Assembly: GCA_030390025.1 (NCBI GenBank)
Contig: CM059433.1
Location: 68,820,001-68,884,000 of the forward strand
Origin: Squalus acanthias
Taxonomy: Eukaryota
DNA length: 64,000 bases
Direction: 5' to 3'
A program made the translations under genes and the position numbers. Shown here piece by piece: positions 25,542 to 39,317 of the stretch. Each line of letters opens with the position of its first letter. Position 1 is the stretch's first letter. Below the pieces are notes generated by a model. The model worked only from the letters and a program-made list of their open reading frames with translations, did not search any database and was not told where the DNA came from.

Positions 25542-26495
25542 ATGGCAGCACAGCTCGGCGCCGTGATATGCTCCTCCTGCACTATGTGGGAAATTGGGGA
25601 CACTTGCTGTGGCCCTGTTGACCATGTGTGCGGGAAGTGTATCCAGCTGCAGCTACTGGCAGACCGCATTGTGGCGCTGGAGCTGCGAATGGATACATAC
25701 TGGAGCATTCGCAATACTGAGGACCTCGTGGATAGCACGTTTAGGGAGGTGGTCGCACCGCAGGTAAAGGCTGCACAGGCAGGAAGGGAATGAGTGACCA
25801 CCAGGCAGAGTAGTAGGCACAGGCAGGTAGTGCAGGGGTCCCCTGTGGCCATCCCCCTCTCAAACAGATATACCGCTTTGGATATTGTTGAGGGAGATGG
25901 CTTATCGGGGGAAGGCAGCAGCAGCCAACTTCCTGGCACCATGGGTGGTTCTGCTGCACAGGACGGGAGGAAAAAAAGAGTGGGAGAGCTATAGTGATAG
26001 GGGATTCTATTGTAAGGGGAATAGATAGGCGTTTCTCAGGCTGCAAACGAGACTCCAGGATGGTATGTTGCCTCCCTGGTGCAAGGGTCAAGGATGTCTC
26101 GGAGCGGCTACAGAGCATTTTGGAGGGGGAGGGGTGAACAGCCAGTTGTCGTGGTGCATATAGGTACCAACGATATAGGTAAAAAACGGGATGAGGTCCT
26201 AAAAGCTGAATATATGGAGTTAGGAGGTAAATTAAAAAATAGGACCTCAAAGGTAGTAATCTCAGGATTGCTACCAGTGCCACGTGCTAGTCAGAGTAGA
26301 AATAGAAAGATATTTCAGATGAATACGTGGCTAGAGGAATGGTGCAAGGGGGGGGGATTCAAATTCCTGGGACATTGGAACCGGTTCTGGGGGAGGTGGG
26401 ACCAGTACAAAATGGACGGTTTGCACCTGGGCAGGACTGGGACCGATGTCCTAGGGGGAGTGTTTGCTAGTGCTGTTGGGGAGGGTTTAAACTAA
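25542..26495 (+). pseudogene. CR1 ORF1 (zinc-finger/coiled-coil plus SGNH esterase), disrupted
   Basis: CSSCxM...CGKC; NRYTAL; VIGDSIVRG, VVHIGTNDI and DGLHL esterase blocks. In-frame stop at 25791 and frameshifts. Confidence 0.88.
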
Positions 26496-26691
26496 AATGG
26501 CAGGGGGTTGGGAACCTGTGCAGGGAGACAGAGGAAAGGGAAGCAAGGATAGAAGCAAAAGACAGGAAGGAGAAAAGCAAAAGTGGCAGTCAGAGAAATC
26601 AAGGGTTTAAATCAAACATGGCCACAATAAATAATAATTCTAAATGGTCCAAGAGTGTTAAAAAAACAATGCGAGGAGCATTCGTAATAAG

Positions 26692-29443
26692 GTGGATGAA
26701 TTAGCGGCGCAAATAGATGTAAACGGATATGATATGATTAGGATTACGGAAACATGGCTCCAGGGTGACCAGGGCTGGGAACTCAACCTCCAGGGGTATT
26801 CAATATTCAGGAAAGACAGGCAAAAAGGAAAAGGAGGCGGGGTAGCATTGCTGGTTAAAGAGGAGATTAACACAATTGTAAGGAAGGATATTAGCTCTGA
26901 TGATGTAGAATCTGTATGGGTAGAGCTGAGAAATACCAAGGGACAGAAAACGTTAGTGGGAGTTGTATACAGACCCCCAAACAGTAATGCGGAGGTTGGG
27001 GATGGCATTAAACGGGAAATTAGAGATGCGTGCAATAAGGGCACTGCAGTTATCATGGGTGCCTTTAATCTACATATAGATTGGGCTAACCAAATTAGTA
27101 ACAATACTGTGGAGGAGGAATTCCTGGAGTGTATACGGGATGGTTTCCTGGACCAATATGTCGAGGAACCAACTAGAGATCAGGCCATCTTAGACTGGGT
27201 ATTATGTAATGAGAAAGGAATAATTAGCAATCTTGTTGTGCGAGGCCCCTTGGGGCGGAGCGATCATAATATGATAGAATTTTTCATTAAGATGGAGAGT
27301 GAAGTATTTGACTCAGGGACCAGGGTCCTGAATTTAAATAAAGGAAATTACGATGGTATGAGGCGCGAATTGGATAGGATTGATTGGGGAATGTTACTCA
27401 AAGGGTTGACGGTGGATAGGCAATGGCAAACATTTAAAAGATCACATGGATGAACTACAGAATTTGTTCATCCCTGTTTGACATAAAATTAAAACAAAAA
27501 ATGTGAATCAACCGTGGCTAACAAGGAAAATTAGGGATAGCAGAAGATCCAAGGAGAGGACATATAAATTGGCCAGAAAAAGCAGCAAACCTGAGAATTG
27601 GGAGCAGTTTAGGATTCAGCAAAGGAGGACAAAGGGATTAATTAAGAGGGGGGAAATAGAGTATGAGAGTAAGCTTTCAGGGAACATAAAAACTGACTGT
27701 AAAAGCTTCTATAGATATGTGAAGAGAAAAAGATTGGTGAAGTCAAGCGTAGGTCCCTTGCAGTCAGAATCAGGGGAATTTATAATGGGGAACAAAGAAA
27801 TGGCAGACCAATTAAATACATACTTTGGTTCTGCTTCACAAAGGAGGACACAAATAACCTCCCAGAGATGTCGGGGAACATAGGGTCTAATGAGAGGGAG
27901 GAACTGAATGAAATCAGTATTTGTAGGAAAATTGAAGGGATTGAAGGCCGATAAATCCCCAGGGCCTGATAATCTACATCCTAGGGTACTGAAGGAAGTG
28001 GCCCTAGAAATAGTAGATGCATTACTGGTCATCTTCCAAAATTCTATAGACTCTGGAACAGTTCCCATGGATTGGAGGGTAGCTAATGTTACCCCACTAT
28101 TCAAAAAAGGTGGTAGAGAGAAAACGGGGAATTATAGACCGGTAAGCCTGACATCGGTAGTGGAGAAAATGCTAGAGTCCACTATAAAAGATGTAATAGC
28201 AGAGCACTTGGAAAACAGTGACAGGATCGGTCAAAGTCAACATGGATTTACAAAAGGTAAATCGTGCTTGACTAATCTACTGGAATTTTTTGAGGATGTA
28301 ACTGGTAAAATAGATAAGGGAGAACCAGTGGATGTGGTGTATTTGGACTTTCAGAAGGCTTTCGATAAGGTCCTGCATAAGAGATTAGCGTACAAAGTTA
28401 AGGCACATGGGATTGGGGGCAGGGTACTGACTTGGATAGAGAACTGGTTGGCAGACAGGAAGCCAAGAGTTGGAATAAACGGGTCGTTTTCCGAGTGGCA
28501 GGCAATGACTAGTGGGGTACCGCAGGGATCGGTCCTAGGACCCCAGCTATTCACAATATATATTAATGATCTAGACGAGGGAACTAGATGTAATATCTCC
28601 AAGTTTGCAGACGACACAAAGCTGGGTGGGCGTGTGTGCTGTGAGGAGGATGCTGAGAAACTCCAGTATGAGTTGGATAGGTTGGGTGATTGTACTGCAT
28701 TTGCCATGCATCTGCCCAATGTGGATAAATGCGAGGTTATCCACTTTGGCGGCAAAAACAGGAAGGCAGATTATTATCTGAACAGCAATAGATTGGGAGA
28801 AGGGGAAGTGCAACGAGACCTGGGTGTCCTTGTGCACCAGTTGCTGAAGGTAAGCATGCAGGTGCAGCAGGTGGTTAAGGCGGCAAATGGTATGTTGGCC
28901 TTCGTAGCGAGAGGGTTCGAGTACAGTAACAAGGATGTCTTGCTGCAGTTGTACAGAGCCTTGGTGAGACCACACCTTGAGTATTGTGTGCAGTTTTGGT
29001 AGCCTTATCTGAGGAAGGATGTTCTTGCCATGGAGGGAGTGCAGCGAAGATTCACCAGACTGATACCTGGGATGGCAGGAATGACGTATGAAAAGAGATT
29101 GGGTCGATTGGGCTTATTCTCGCTGGAGTTTAGAAGAATGAGAGGGGATCTCATTGAAACTTATAAAATTCTAACAGGACTAGACAGACTAGATGCAGGA
29201 AGGATGTTCCCGATGGCCGGGGAGTCCAGAACCAGGGGTCACAGTCTAAGGATAAGGGGTAAGCCATTTAGGACAGAGATGAGAAGGAATTTCTTCACCC
29301 AAAGAGTGGTAAATCTGTGGAATTCTCTACCACAGAAGGCAGTTGAGACCAACTCATTAAATATATTCTAGAAGGAGTTATATATATTTCTTAAGGCTAA
29401 AGGGATCAAGGGATATGGGGAGAAGGCAGGGACAGGATACTGA
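26692..29443 (+). pseudogene. CR1 ORF2 (APE endonuclease plus reverse transcriptase), disrupted
   Basis: ITETWL, GVVYRPP, SDHN, NYRPVSLTS, YLDFQKAFDKV, GVPQGSVLGP, KFADD. Frameshifts near 27440 and 27840-27930; stops at 29000 and 29369. Confidence 0.93.
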
Positions 29444-31129
29444 ATTTGGATGATCAGCCATGATCTCATTGAATGGCGGAGCAGGCTCGAGGGGCCAAAT
29501 GGCCTACTCCTGCTCCTATCTTCTATACTTCTATGATTTCAATCCCTGGCCTTTACTATCCATGGAGTTCCAATCACTGTTTTGCCATTAGGAAGCTTAA
29601 TTATTTTAATCTGCTGCTGCTGAGTGGGGGGGGGGGGGGAATAGGTTTCAATTTAATAAAATCTTAGCTTTTTAACATTATATATTTTCTTATTGGCAAA
29701 TAGGGGATTCAAATCTTAGCTTGCTGCTCATAGGGGCTCGTTCCTATTCCTATTGATTACAGTACTTAAAAGTACATTTTCAATGTAGTATTACTTTTTA
29801 CTAAAGAGTCCCAAGTTTCTCACTCACAATGGAAGCCCAGTAATGCTGAGAGAGCATCAGTAACAGCATCCCTTTATGCATCAGACTCATCGACTACTTG
29901 GGGTCAGTTTGAAGTTTTAGGCAGACGACTAGAGGGGTGTGCCGGCACCCTGCCCCTGCCCCTGCTCAAGTAGGCAGGGACTTGACATGACCAATCCCGG
30001 TTCCATTTCTCACACCCACCCACCAAATACCGCCCTAAAATTAGGCAGAACCCAGATATCTCGACTTTGGTGTCTGGACTTGCGTATGAAAAATGGGCAC
30101 AAGTGAGGGACCGGAGGGGGCTGGTATCTGCAAAACTGTATCGAGCATGAGGCAGCGCTTTGAGGAGGGAAGAGAAAATTGGAGGAGCAAAAATCTTTGT
30201 AAACAAACACATTAGGACTGTGTTTACTTAATCGTTTGATAAGACATGTCACTGTCACTGCCATCCTATCTACAGAGAAAGATGTCAATATGAGGCATTG
30301 CTGCTCACATGTTCGAGTCCTGTGACAACCAACACGCAAACTCTTTATTATCATTACCAGTTTCAAGCTGGATAGCCCACCAGGGACAACATGCACTTTG
30401 ATCAATCTGTAAAATGGAGTTCTAACTGCTGTGCTGTAATCTGTACTCATTCGCAGTACTTCCTAAGTGTAGAAGCATGTACAAGTAAATAGTCTGGGGG
30501 TAAGAGGAGGAGAGAGAGGGTGAAAATATTTTTTTTTTACTTCAGCACATTTTGCAAGTTCTGGGAGTCTGTGCGAGCAGGCAGATTGATTCTGCCTAGT
30601 TTCAATTTAAAATTAAAACTATTTTAACCACTCTTAAATTGAACCATCCTGTATACTGAACGCAAGTTCTGAAAACTCCTCAGTTAAAAGACGAGTGTCA
30701 AGAGGGTGTTAGTTCAATATTCACATTAGTTACAATGTTCCTCATATTAATTAGATTGTTTATGCAAAGCAGGCATTTGTTTGTGTTTCCATAGCTAAAC
30801 CTTTGATGAGGTTTCCAGCAATCAAACATGTCTGGACATGCTGACTGTGTTTAGCAGCATATCTTTTGGTAGAGGGCCTTTCTGTTACTCGAGTTCAGAA
30901 AGTAAGTGTGATTATTATTTTCTTGCGGAATAATAAATTGAATCATGTTGATGCATTTAAAGGGAAGCTAGATAAGTACATGAGGGAGACAGGAATGCAA
31001 GGATTTGTTGATAGGGTGAGATGAATTAAGGTGGGAGGAGGCTCGTGTGGCATATATATATAATTCATAATGTTACTGCTTGCTGATAGTGGAGAAAAGT
31101 GAAATAGCTTAACCAGAAAACCAGACTGA

Positions 31130-32264
31130 GGTCTAAATATTCAACTGCGCAGCGCCTATTTTTCAGCTGCTAAACGGGCTCCTAAGCCTCCAACATGGCA
31201 GGTAGGAAGCACATGTTCATTACGAGCCGGAAGTGCCTGCCATTTTGCTGTAGGCAAAAATAAAACTGGCTGTAAAGTGCTTTGGGTGTCCTAAGATCTT
31301 GAAAGGCGCTCTACTATCGCTTATAATTTTGTTTTGTGTCAAGTTTGTATGCAACCAAAAGCATAAGAAATTAACACCTGTGATTAGCTCTAATAGGCCT
31401 AGTCCTGCCATCCAACTAATCTGATCAGTATTGGCGGCTTCCAGCTAATCTGATTGTTTGATATTGACAACCGCCAATCCCAATGAAAAAGTTGAGATGT
31501 GCAAGCAAACCAATATGTGGGTTGAAGCGCTGATTATCAACTTAAAATGCTGACGATTGTCATTTATGCTAATGTTTCTGTACTGCACCTATGACAGGGA
31601 GGGGCAAGGAGCAAAACATTTTCACTCAAGGTTATAAATCCAAGTCTTTCTTTTATTTGAATATGCAAAGGGCCTAATGCCTATTTGAAGCTCCCTCTGA
31701 AATATTGGGTTGCCTTGATGCTGGCCGTGTTCAGCAAAACCAGGTCTACATGTGGCCTAACAGGTGGTGCTTAAAGGGACTGCTGCAGGCTGCGACCAAC
31801 AAAGTAAGCATTCACCTGAATGTGGAGCTGGGAAGAGCAGGAGTGCTTCCCTTGACCCCACATTTAAAACATGCGGACCGCTGCCAGCCACCAATAGTGA
31901 CCTTGACCTCCCCGATCTCTACCGCTACCCCCTCCCACAGATCACAGTCTCTGCCATCCCCAACCAATCCCAACCTTTGCCCATTACTTCCATCACCACT
32001 ACCTACCCACTCCTGGCCACCGCTATTGTACCGACCCGAATGCCCTCTTTCCTGACTCCCTTCCCAACACAATCACTGTTGTCGCATTGACCCGATCATC
32101 GATTCCTCTTTGTCGGCGAGCTGCCTGGGGATGCCTCTTGGGTGTCTGTAGCTTACCGGCACGATAATAATGAGGCCCGAGGCCCAATATCACGTGCACC
32201 TCAGGCTGATTCATTCAGTTGCAGGGATTGATCCCAAAAATGGGTGTGCTTGAATTTCTAGGCC
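31130..32264. mobile_element. Old non-autonomous TIR element, probably with internal insertions
   Basis: Imperfect TIR GGTCTAAATATTCA / TGAATTTCTAGGCC; flanks TGA/TGT. Confidence 0.4.
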
Positions 32265-33111
32265 TGTAACTAAAGAAAGACAGCTGATAGCATTATTCCC
32301 TCTTCTCGAGCTGATGGTTTAGATTGGTAAAATGGGAATCCCATTTGAGAAGCACATGCTCTCAGATACTGGCTCAGTAGTTCTTTCAAAATATAATCCT
32401 TTTCATGCTGATTGTAAGGCAAAGGCTTCCTAAGTACAAGTGAAATAAATGTCTTTTACCTGCTGAGAGTCCCAAGATATGACCAAAAGCCTCCACAAGC
32501 AAGCTCAGTTGTTGCTTTAACCAAGTATTTCCACCTTGATGAACACCTCCTGGAAAACTACACCTGTTAAGTAGTATTCTCAAGGGTAGATCGGAAGGCA
32601 AAAGTAATTAAATTTAGGATTGGTAACATCATCCTATCGTAACTCCGTCATTTGCATGTGACTGCTACTGGGAGGGCGGGTGCTTCTGCAGTGGAACACC
32701 ATTGCTTCCCAAGTTTCCATTCAAGTCACACCCACCCCTATTAGCCAGAGTGCTCAGCCATTAGATGCACCAGTAAACAGATACAAGACAACTTTAATGC
32801 GCATGATGACAATGTGACAACATTACATGTCATGGATACTGACGTGTTATGTCACCACTTCTGTCATTATATTGGAGATGGCACAATCCTCTGCCATCCT
32901 GAGTTACTTAGTTCGCTGGAGGCCGTGGAGATTGGCCTGCGATTAGGCTGCTCTATACTGTGATTTTCACACTGAATTTACGTCAGTATGCCTATAGATT
33001 TTGTGTAAAAATTTCCATCTATCACAGATTTACTTCAGCACTTATCTCCAAGATCACTTTGAATCAAATAGACAGTCACTGAATATAATCAAATTCAGTC
33101 ACAAACACTAT

Positions 33112-35775
33112 GGGCTGGATTTTGCCAGCCCTGGGGAGGCGGGTTTGGAGGCGGGACTGCCGGGAAAATGGCAGAATCTGGGGGCGGGTACCCATCCCGC
33201 TCCCAACCTGCCTCCGTGCCATCTTCCCGGGAGGCAGGTAGCCGACCCTCGCCGGGTCCCATCTCCTGGAGGCGGGAAGGGGATTACAGCCACTTAACTG
33301 CCTGTTAACAGGCAGATAAGAGGATTATCCCCATTTTACCCACACAAGTGCGGGCTTCCTGAAGGCTGAAAACCCCGCCAGGGTCACCGAGGCGAGCAGT
33401 GGGTCTGCGGGGGTTGTAGGGATGCAAAAGTGCGCTGTGAAGGTAAGTGATGGGTGCAAGTGTGGAGAGGTAAGTATGTGAGGTGAGTGGAAAGTGATAG
33501 AAAATGTTTACTCACCTTTGTTTCTTCCTGCAGGCTTCAAACGTTGGGGATGCGGAGAGTCTCGCATCTCACCGGCAGAGATGACAGATGGCTGCTGCAT
33601 TCTCCAATGCAACAACCATCTAATTTCTGCTCACAAAAGAGGTTTGATGAGTCTTGAATACAAGAACTCATCAAACAACATAGAATGTCAGTGTTTGACA
33701 GCTTTGACAGTGAAGTGCGGCTGGCCCATGAGAGGGAGGATGGCGAAAGGGGACATGGAAGTGGGAACTCCACTCAAAGCGCTTCCACGTCTCACCCGTT
33801 GTCCCCACCCCCTCAGTCATTACCCAATATACTGCCTCGTCTCCCGATGGCCCAGTCTGCCACCGCACAGGTGCGGGTGGAGCAGTCTTTGGCCGGGCCC
33901 TCACAGGCTGCAAAACCCAGAGGTTGTCGGCCAAGAGCATCTCAGCAGTCAGAGCAGGGATCTGAGCTGCCTGCCTCTATGGAAGAGTGGCCATTGCATG
34001 TGGTTCTGACATGGGTCCACTGGTGGAACCTAAGTGAACCTTGCGTTAATAAGGGCATCCCTGGCAACAATGTGAGCAGCTGGTGCTCCATTGCCCTCAT
34101 CACCTTCCTCCGCCTCCTCAGAATCGTCTGCAGACGATCTGCGCCTTGTTCCTCCTGCAGGTCCAAACCTCGCTGCTGTGCAATGTTGTGCAGAAGGCAG
34201 CACACCACGACTATTCTGGACACCCTGACTGGTGTGTATGGAAGGGCTCCTCCAGATCTGTCTCAGCACCTGCAGCTCATCTTCAGCATACTGATGGCTT
34301 GTTCGATCAAACATCTGGTGGTTATAAGGCATTCACTGCAGCGCTGTTGGGCTTCATTGGTCGGGTTTCTGACGGGTGTAATCAGTCAAGTTTCAAGTGG
34401 GTGTTCCTTGTCTCTGGCAGCCATCCCTTAAGTGTGCTTGCAGATCCAAAGATGTCAGGGAGCTTGGACTGCTGCAGCATGAAAGCATCATGGCAGCTGC
34501 CCAGGAATCTTGTGCACACCTGCAGAAGTATCTTTTTGTGATTGCATACCAGCTGCACATTGATGGAATGGAAGTTCTTGCGGTTGATGAATACTACTGG
34601 TTGATCTGGGGGTGTGCGAATTGCCACGTGTGTGCAGTCAATGACGCCCTGCACCTGTGGGAAGCCAGCCAGAGCAGCAAACCAGAGCGCCCGCTTATTC
34701 TAATTGGCATCATCGCAGAAAAAAGTGTACATAATTGTCGGCCCTGGAAAACTAGTCAGCAGTCACCTGTCTTATGCATTTGTGGGCTGCCGACTAGGAG
34801 ATCCTGGATATCTCACCGGCAGAGCCCTGGAAGTATCCGGAGGCAAGAAGTTGAGGGTGGTGGTCACTTTGACAGCCATTGGTAATGTGTGGCCACCAGG
34901 TCCAGCAGGGAGCAGGTCTTCTAGGAGGCTGCAGATATCTGTCACCACCTGATACGACAACCTGAGCCTCCTGAAACACTGCTGTTCCGACATGTCAAGG
35001 AAACTCAGCCACTGCCTGTGCACCCTATGTTGCAGGTAGTGACTCCTGCGAGCTACTCCCCTCTGTCCAGCTGCAGGTCTCTGAACAGCAGGCTGGTGGT
35101 GCTGCTCATATTGCTCAGAGGTCCAATCTAAGGCAGCCAAGGCGCCAGCCATCCTGATGTGATTCAGAAAACTTCCAGCGTGTAGAATGTAAACTCTGAG
35201 CAAAAGTACAGTGAACAAACCCTTTCCCACTAGTAGGTAAGAAGTAGCAGAGAGTACAGAGTATTTATTGTAGTATTTCCATGAGTTTTGATCAGCCGCC
35301 TCAATTGCCGTTGCATTCCTGCCTTGCTTTCATTGGTGAGTTTCAGGAAGCTCGGGAAACCCGTGGATGCGACATTAAATTTAAAAGAGAGTGGTTAGAA
35401 TGTGGAACTTGCTACCACAAGGAATAGTTGAGGCGAGGTGACAAGCAGAGATGCATTTAAGGGGAAGCTAGATAAACACGAGGGAGAAAGTAGTAGAAAG
35501 ATATGTTGATGGGGTTAGATGAAGTAGAGTGGGAGGAGGCTCGTGCGGAGTATGAACACAGGCATGGACCTGTTGGGTCGAAAGGCCTGTTTCTGGGCTG
35601 TAAATACAATGATATACTATGTAAAAGTGTGTTGAAATATGGCTCCAATTGAGTGATTAACATATATTAATAAGCAATCCTCCTCTCCCGAGGGGTTTGC
35701 ACGCAACCAGCCTAACATACTTGAATTAAACTCGAAAGTCAGCGGGTTGGAGCCGGCTTCCTGACGCGCTCCCAT
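33112..35775. mobile_element. Composite Harbinger locus: inverted family A half (33112 to ~33710) fused to an autonomous Harbinger remnant
   Basis: Left TIR GGGCTGGATTTTGCCA, ~600 bp of family A, then a Myb-gene 3' remnant (+) and transposase (-). No intact right TIR; a CR1 3' piece is inserted at about 35385-35625. Confidence 0.75.
34030..35152 (-). pseudogene. Harbinger (HARBI1-like) DDE transposase, frameshifted
   Basis: QQCFRRLRLS, AVKVTTTLNF, QGVIDCTHVAI, FINRKNFHSINVQLVC, GSCHDAF and VCCLLHNIA, spread over several frames. Confidence 0.9.
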
Positions 35776-36134
35776 AATGCCAGCAGGCTATTTGACTGTG
35801 GAGGACATCACAGACAAGTCAATGCAGTCTTCATCCAACTTCCACAAATGTGCATTTTCAACAGGTGTCACTGAATAATGGGCATGAATAGGAATCCTGA
35901 TCAATTTTGCCTTCCCAAAATCAGAAATACTACTGCCAATTATACTACTTTTAACACAGCTCTAGCAAAATCAAGCTAAGTCAGCACCAACTGAGGTTCG
36001 AACCTCAGACTTTCCTGATCCATATGACAGAAATGATCATATTAAGCCATGGAAGGAATTAATCATTTTTAAGCATTCAGCAAATGCAGGGGTTACTATT
36101 GTTTCGACACTCCTTGTGACCACGATGCATTATT

Positions 36135-38240
36135 CCTCCTCGATCTCTCTAAAGACTTTAACATGGTCGACTACATTATCCTCCTCCGTTATCCAGCTCA
36201 GTAGCAGTGCTCTTACTTGATTCCACTCTTACCTATCCGATCATAGCCAGAGCATCTCTACCAAATGCTTCTCCTGCCACCCTAGTACAATCACCTTGGG
36301 TAGCCTCCATGGATCCATCCTTGGCCCCATTTTCTTCCTCATCTATATGCTCCCCCTTGGTGACATCATCTGAAGAAACGGGGTTAGCTTCCACATGTAC
36401 ACCACAACCACCCAGCTCTATCTCTCCACCACCTCTCTCGACCCCTCCACTACCTCGGTGCTGTCAGACTGCTTGTTCGAATTCCAGTCTCTGATTAGCC
36501 ACAATTTCCTCCAGTTAAACATTGGCAAGACCAAAGCAAATTGTTTTTGGCTCCTACCACAAACTCTGTACCTTTATCACCGATTCCATCCCTTTTCCTG
36601 GCCACTCTCTCAGACTGAACCAGACTGTTCGCAATCTTGGCGTTCTATTTGATCTCAAGGTGAGTTTCTGACTCATTATCATCTTCATCACAAAAATTGT
36701 CTTACTTAAATTTCTATGATTGCCAGTCTCTGCCCCTACCCCACCCATTTGCACCGAAATCCTCTTTAATGCCTTGTTGAAATCACCTTGTTCAAAAGGT
36801 GATCCAATCAGAGGCTGGGAATTCTGCGGCGAGTGACTCCCCTCCCAATCCCCAAAGCCTTTCCACCACCTACAAGGCACAAGTAAGGAGTGTGATGGCA
36901 TACTTTCCACTTGCCTGGATGAGTGCAGCTCCAACAACGCAAGAAGCACGACACCATCCAGGACAAAGCAGTCCGCTTGATCAGCACCCCATTCACCAAC
37001 TTAAACATTCACTTCCTCCATCACTGGCGCACTGTAGCTGCAGTGTGTACCATCTACAAGATGCACTGCAGCAATGTGCCAAGGCTTCTTTGACAGCACC
37101 TCCCAAACCTACGACCTGTACCACCTAGAAGGACAAGGGCAGCAAACTCATGGGAACACCACCACCTGCAAGGTCCTCATTACACACCATCCTGACTTGG
37201 AAATATATCGCTGTTCCTTCATCATCGCTGGGTCAAAATCCTGGAACTCCCTACCTAACAGCACTGAGAGAGTACCTTCACCACAGAGACTGCAGCGGAT
37301 CAAGAAGGCGGCTCACCACCACCTTCTCAAGGGTAATTAGGAATGGACAATAAATGCTGGCTTTGCCAATGACGCCCACATCCCATGAATGAATAAATAA
37401 AAGGGTTGGTACTGCATAGAATAATCAGGGCCAAACTGATGTCCTGGACTAGTTTCAATCACCAAAGGTGGTCAGAGTGGAATTTTCCAGATTTTTTTTT
37501 TCTGAATTGTGGGTTTTTATTTGGTTTTTAGCATCTCTCAGGAGACCATATGGTTTCAGATGGGGTGGAGAGTGTACAGATTGTGATGCACAAGGCATCA
37601 CAATTGTGATGGACAGATTGGATGGACCAGAGGGCCTTTTCCTGACAATTTTTCGCATGCCTTGGTCGTTCTCGACGCGATTACCCCAATGCGCTCCTAG
37701 CTACCCTCCCATCTTCCACCCTCCATAAACTTCAGCTCATCCAAAGTTCCGATGCATACATTTTATCTTGAACCAAGTTCCGCATGCCCATCACCCCGTC
37801 CTCATTAATCTATTTTGTCCCCGGAGCCCCAATGCCTCAAATGTAAAATGCTCATTCTTGCCTATAAATCCCTTCAAGGTCTCACACTTCCCTATCTCTG
37901 TAATTTTCTCCAGATCTACAACTCCAGCGCGCAGCCCCACCCCGCCCCCCCCCACCTCCAGATCTCTTGGACTTCTGCCTTTTAAGCTAACCCTGTCCCT
38001 TCACGCCATCATTAGTGTCCGTGCCTTCAACTACCTATGCTCTACACTTTGGGATTCCCTTCCCAAGCACCTCCATCTCTTCTTCTTTAAGACCCTCATT
38101 AAAAACTCTTAGATCAAGCTTTTGATCACCACTCCTAATATCGCCTTCTTTGGCTTGGCAGATATTTGTTTTCCTTACGTCTCCGTGAAGTGCCGTGTGA
38201 CATTTTTCTGTGTTATAGAGATAAAATAATACAAGTTGTT
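36135..38240 (+). mobile_element. Decayed L2 LINE interrupted by other LINE pieces
   Basis: TQLYLS...NFLQLNIGKT at about 36400-36540; resumes at about 37710 and runs to the tail AATACAAGTTGTT at about 38240. Confidence 0.7.
36800..37402 (+). mobile_element. 3' end of a CR1/L2-group LINE (YKAQVRSVMEY type)
   Basis: YKAQVRSVMAYFPLAWMSAA, KSWNSLP, HHLLKGN*, tail CCCACATCCCATGAATGAATAAA. Same family at 38720, 53965 and 57668. Confidence 0.8.
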
Positions 38241-38406
38241 ATTTCACCTTTCTTCTGCGTCAATCATACTGATGTCGTTTATAGTGATGTGCACAATTAA
38301 TGCAAGATAAATTCTCATCGTCTGTACGTGTTTTTATTCCTGTAATATTACTTAAACTAAATACTGTGTTAAAAAGAAAGTTGAAACAGTAGCAATAGTG
38401 AATGAA

Positions 38407-38578
38407 GGGGTAGTTTTACGAAAACCCACACCCAGCAGGGTGCCTCGCCCAATAGGAGCACATATCTGGAATTTAGACAATTTTACAGCAATTAAAATTA
38501 ATAGACAAAGTCATGGGATTCCATATTCAAATTTCCAATATGTGCTCCAGGCAAGGCACAATTTCATAAATTTACCCC
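38407..38578. mobile_element. Short MITE
   Basis: TIR GGGGTAGTTTTACGAAA / TTTCATAAATTTACCCC; internally self-complementary. Confidence 0.55.
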
Positions 38579-38719
38579 CATTAAATAAAAATTAAAGTTA
38601 AAAATGCTTTGTACAGATCGAGCACAACAGCGACAGATTTTAGCTGGATATTTTGATAAATTTTGTTGTCATATTTTTCATTTGGCTTAGCAACATACAG
38701 GTTTGAAAAAAGATCTTTT

Positions 38720-39231
38720 GTAATGGAATACTCTCCACTTGCCTGGATGAGTGCAGCTCCAACAACACTCAAGAAGCTCGACACCATCCAGGACAAAGCA
38801 GCCCGCTTGACTGGCACCCCATCCACCACCTTAAACATTCACTCCCTCCACCACCGGCGTACCGTGGCTGCAGTGTGTACCATCAACAAGATATACTGCA
38901 GCAACTCGCCAAGGAATCTTCGACAGCACCTCCCAAACCCTCGACCTCTACCACCTAGAAGGACAAGGGCAGTAGGCGCATGGGAACACCATCACCTCCA
39001 AGATCCCCTCCAAGTTACACGGCATCCTGACTTGGAAGTATATTGCCGTTCCTTCATAGTCATTGGGTCAAAATCCTGGAACTCCCTAACTAATAGCACT
39101 TTGGGAGTACCTTCACCATATGGACCGCAGCACTTCAAGAAGGCAGCTCACCTTCTCAAGGGCAATTAGGGATAGGCAATAAATGCTAGCCTTGCCAGGG
39201 ACACCCACATCTCATGAACGAATAAAAAAAA
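38720..39231 (+). mobile_element. LINE 3' end, same family as 36800
   Basis: VMEYSPLAWMSAAPTTLKKLDTIQDKAARL...HLLKGN* plus tail. Confidence 0.82.
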
Positions 39232-39317
39232 CGAATTCCCAATATATAGTCAGCCTAAACCTTTACTTATTGATAAGTCTCTAACAGGCGAGGAAATTTT
39301 AAGTACTGAAAGAATGA

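Larger units (their letters stand above)
25281..29537 (+). mobile_element. Near full-length CR1 LINE, decayed
   Basis: 5'UTR, ORF1, ORF2 and a TTCTAT-repeat 3' tail in order; possible short TSD CAATC. The 5' boundary is approximate. Confidence 0.93.

Noticed and set aside
27908-29002. Active reverse transcriptase
   Set aside because: Surrounding stops, frameshifts and the micro-inversion of a conserved motif.
34030-35152. Host HARBI1 gene
   Set aside because: Frameshifted and embedded in transposon context; it is a transposase relic.
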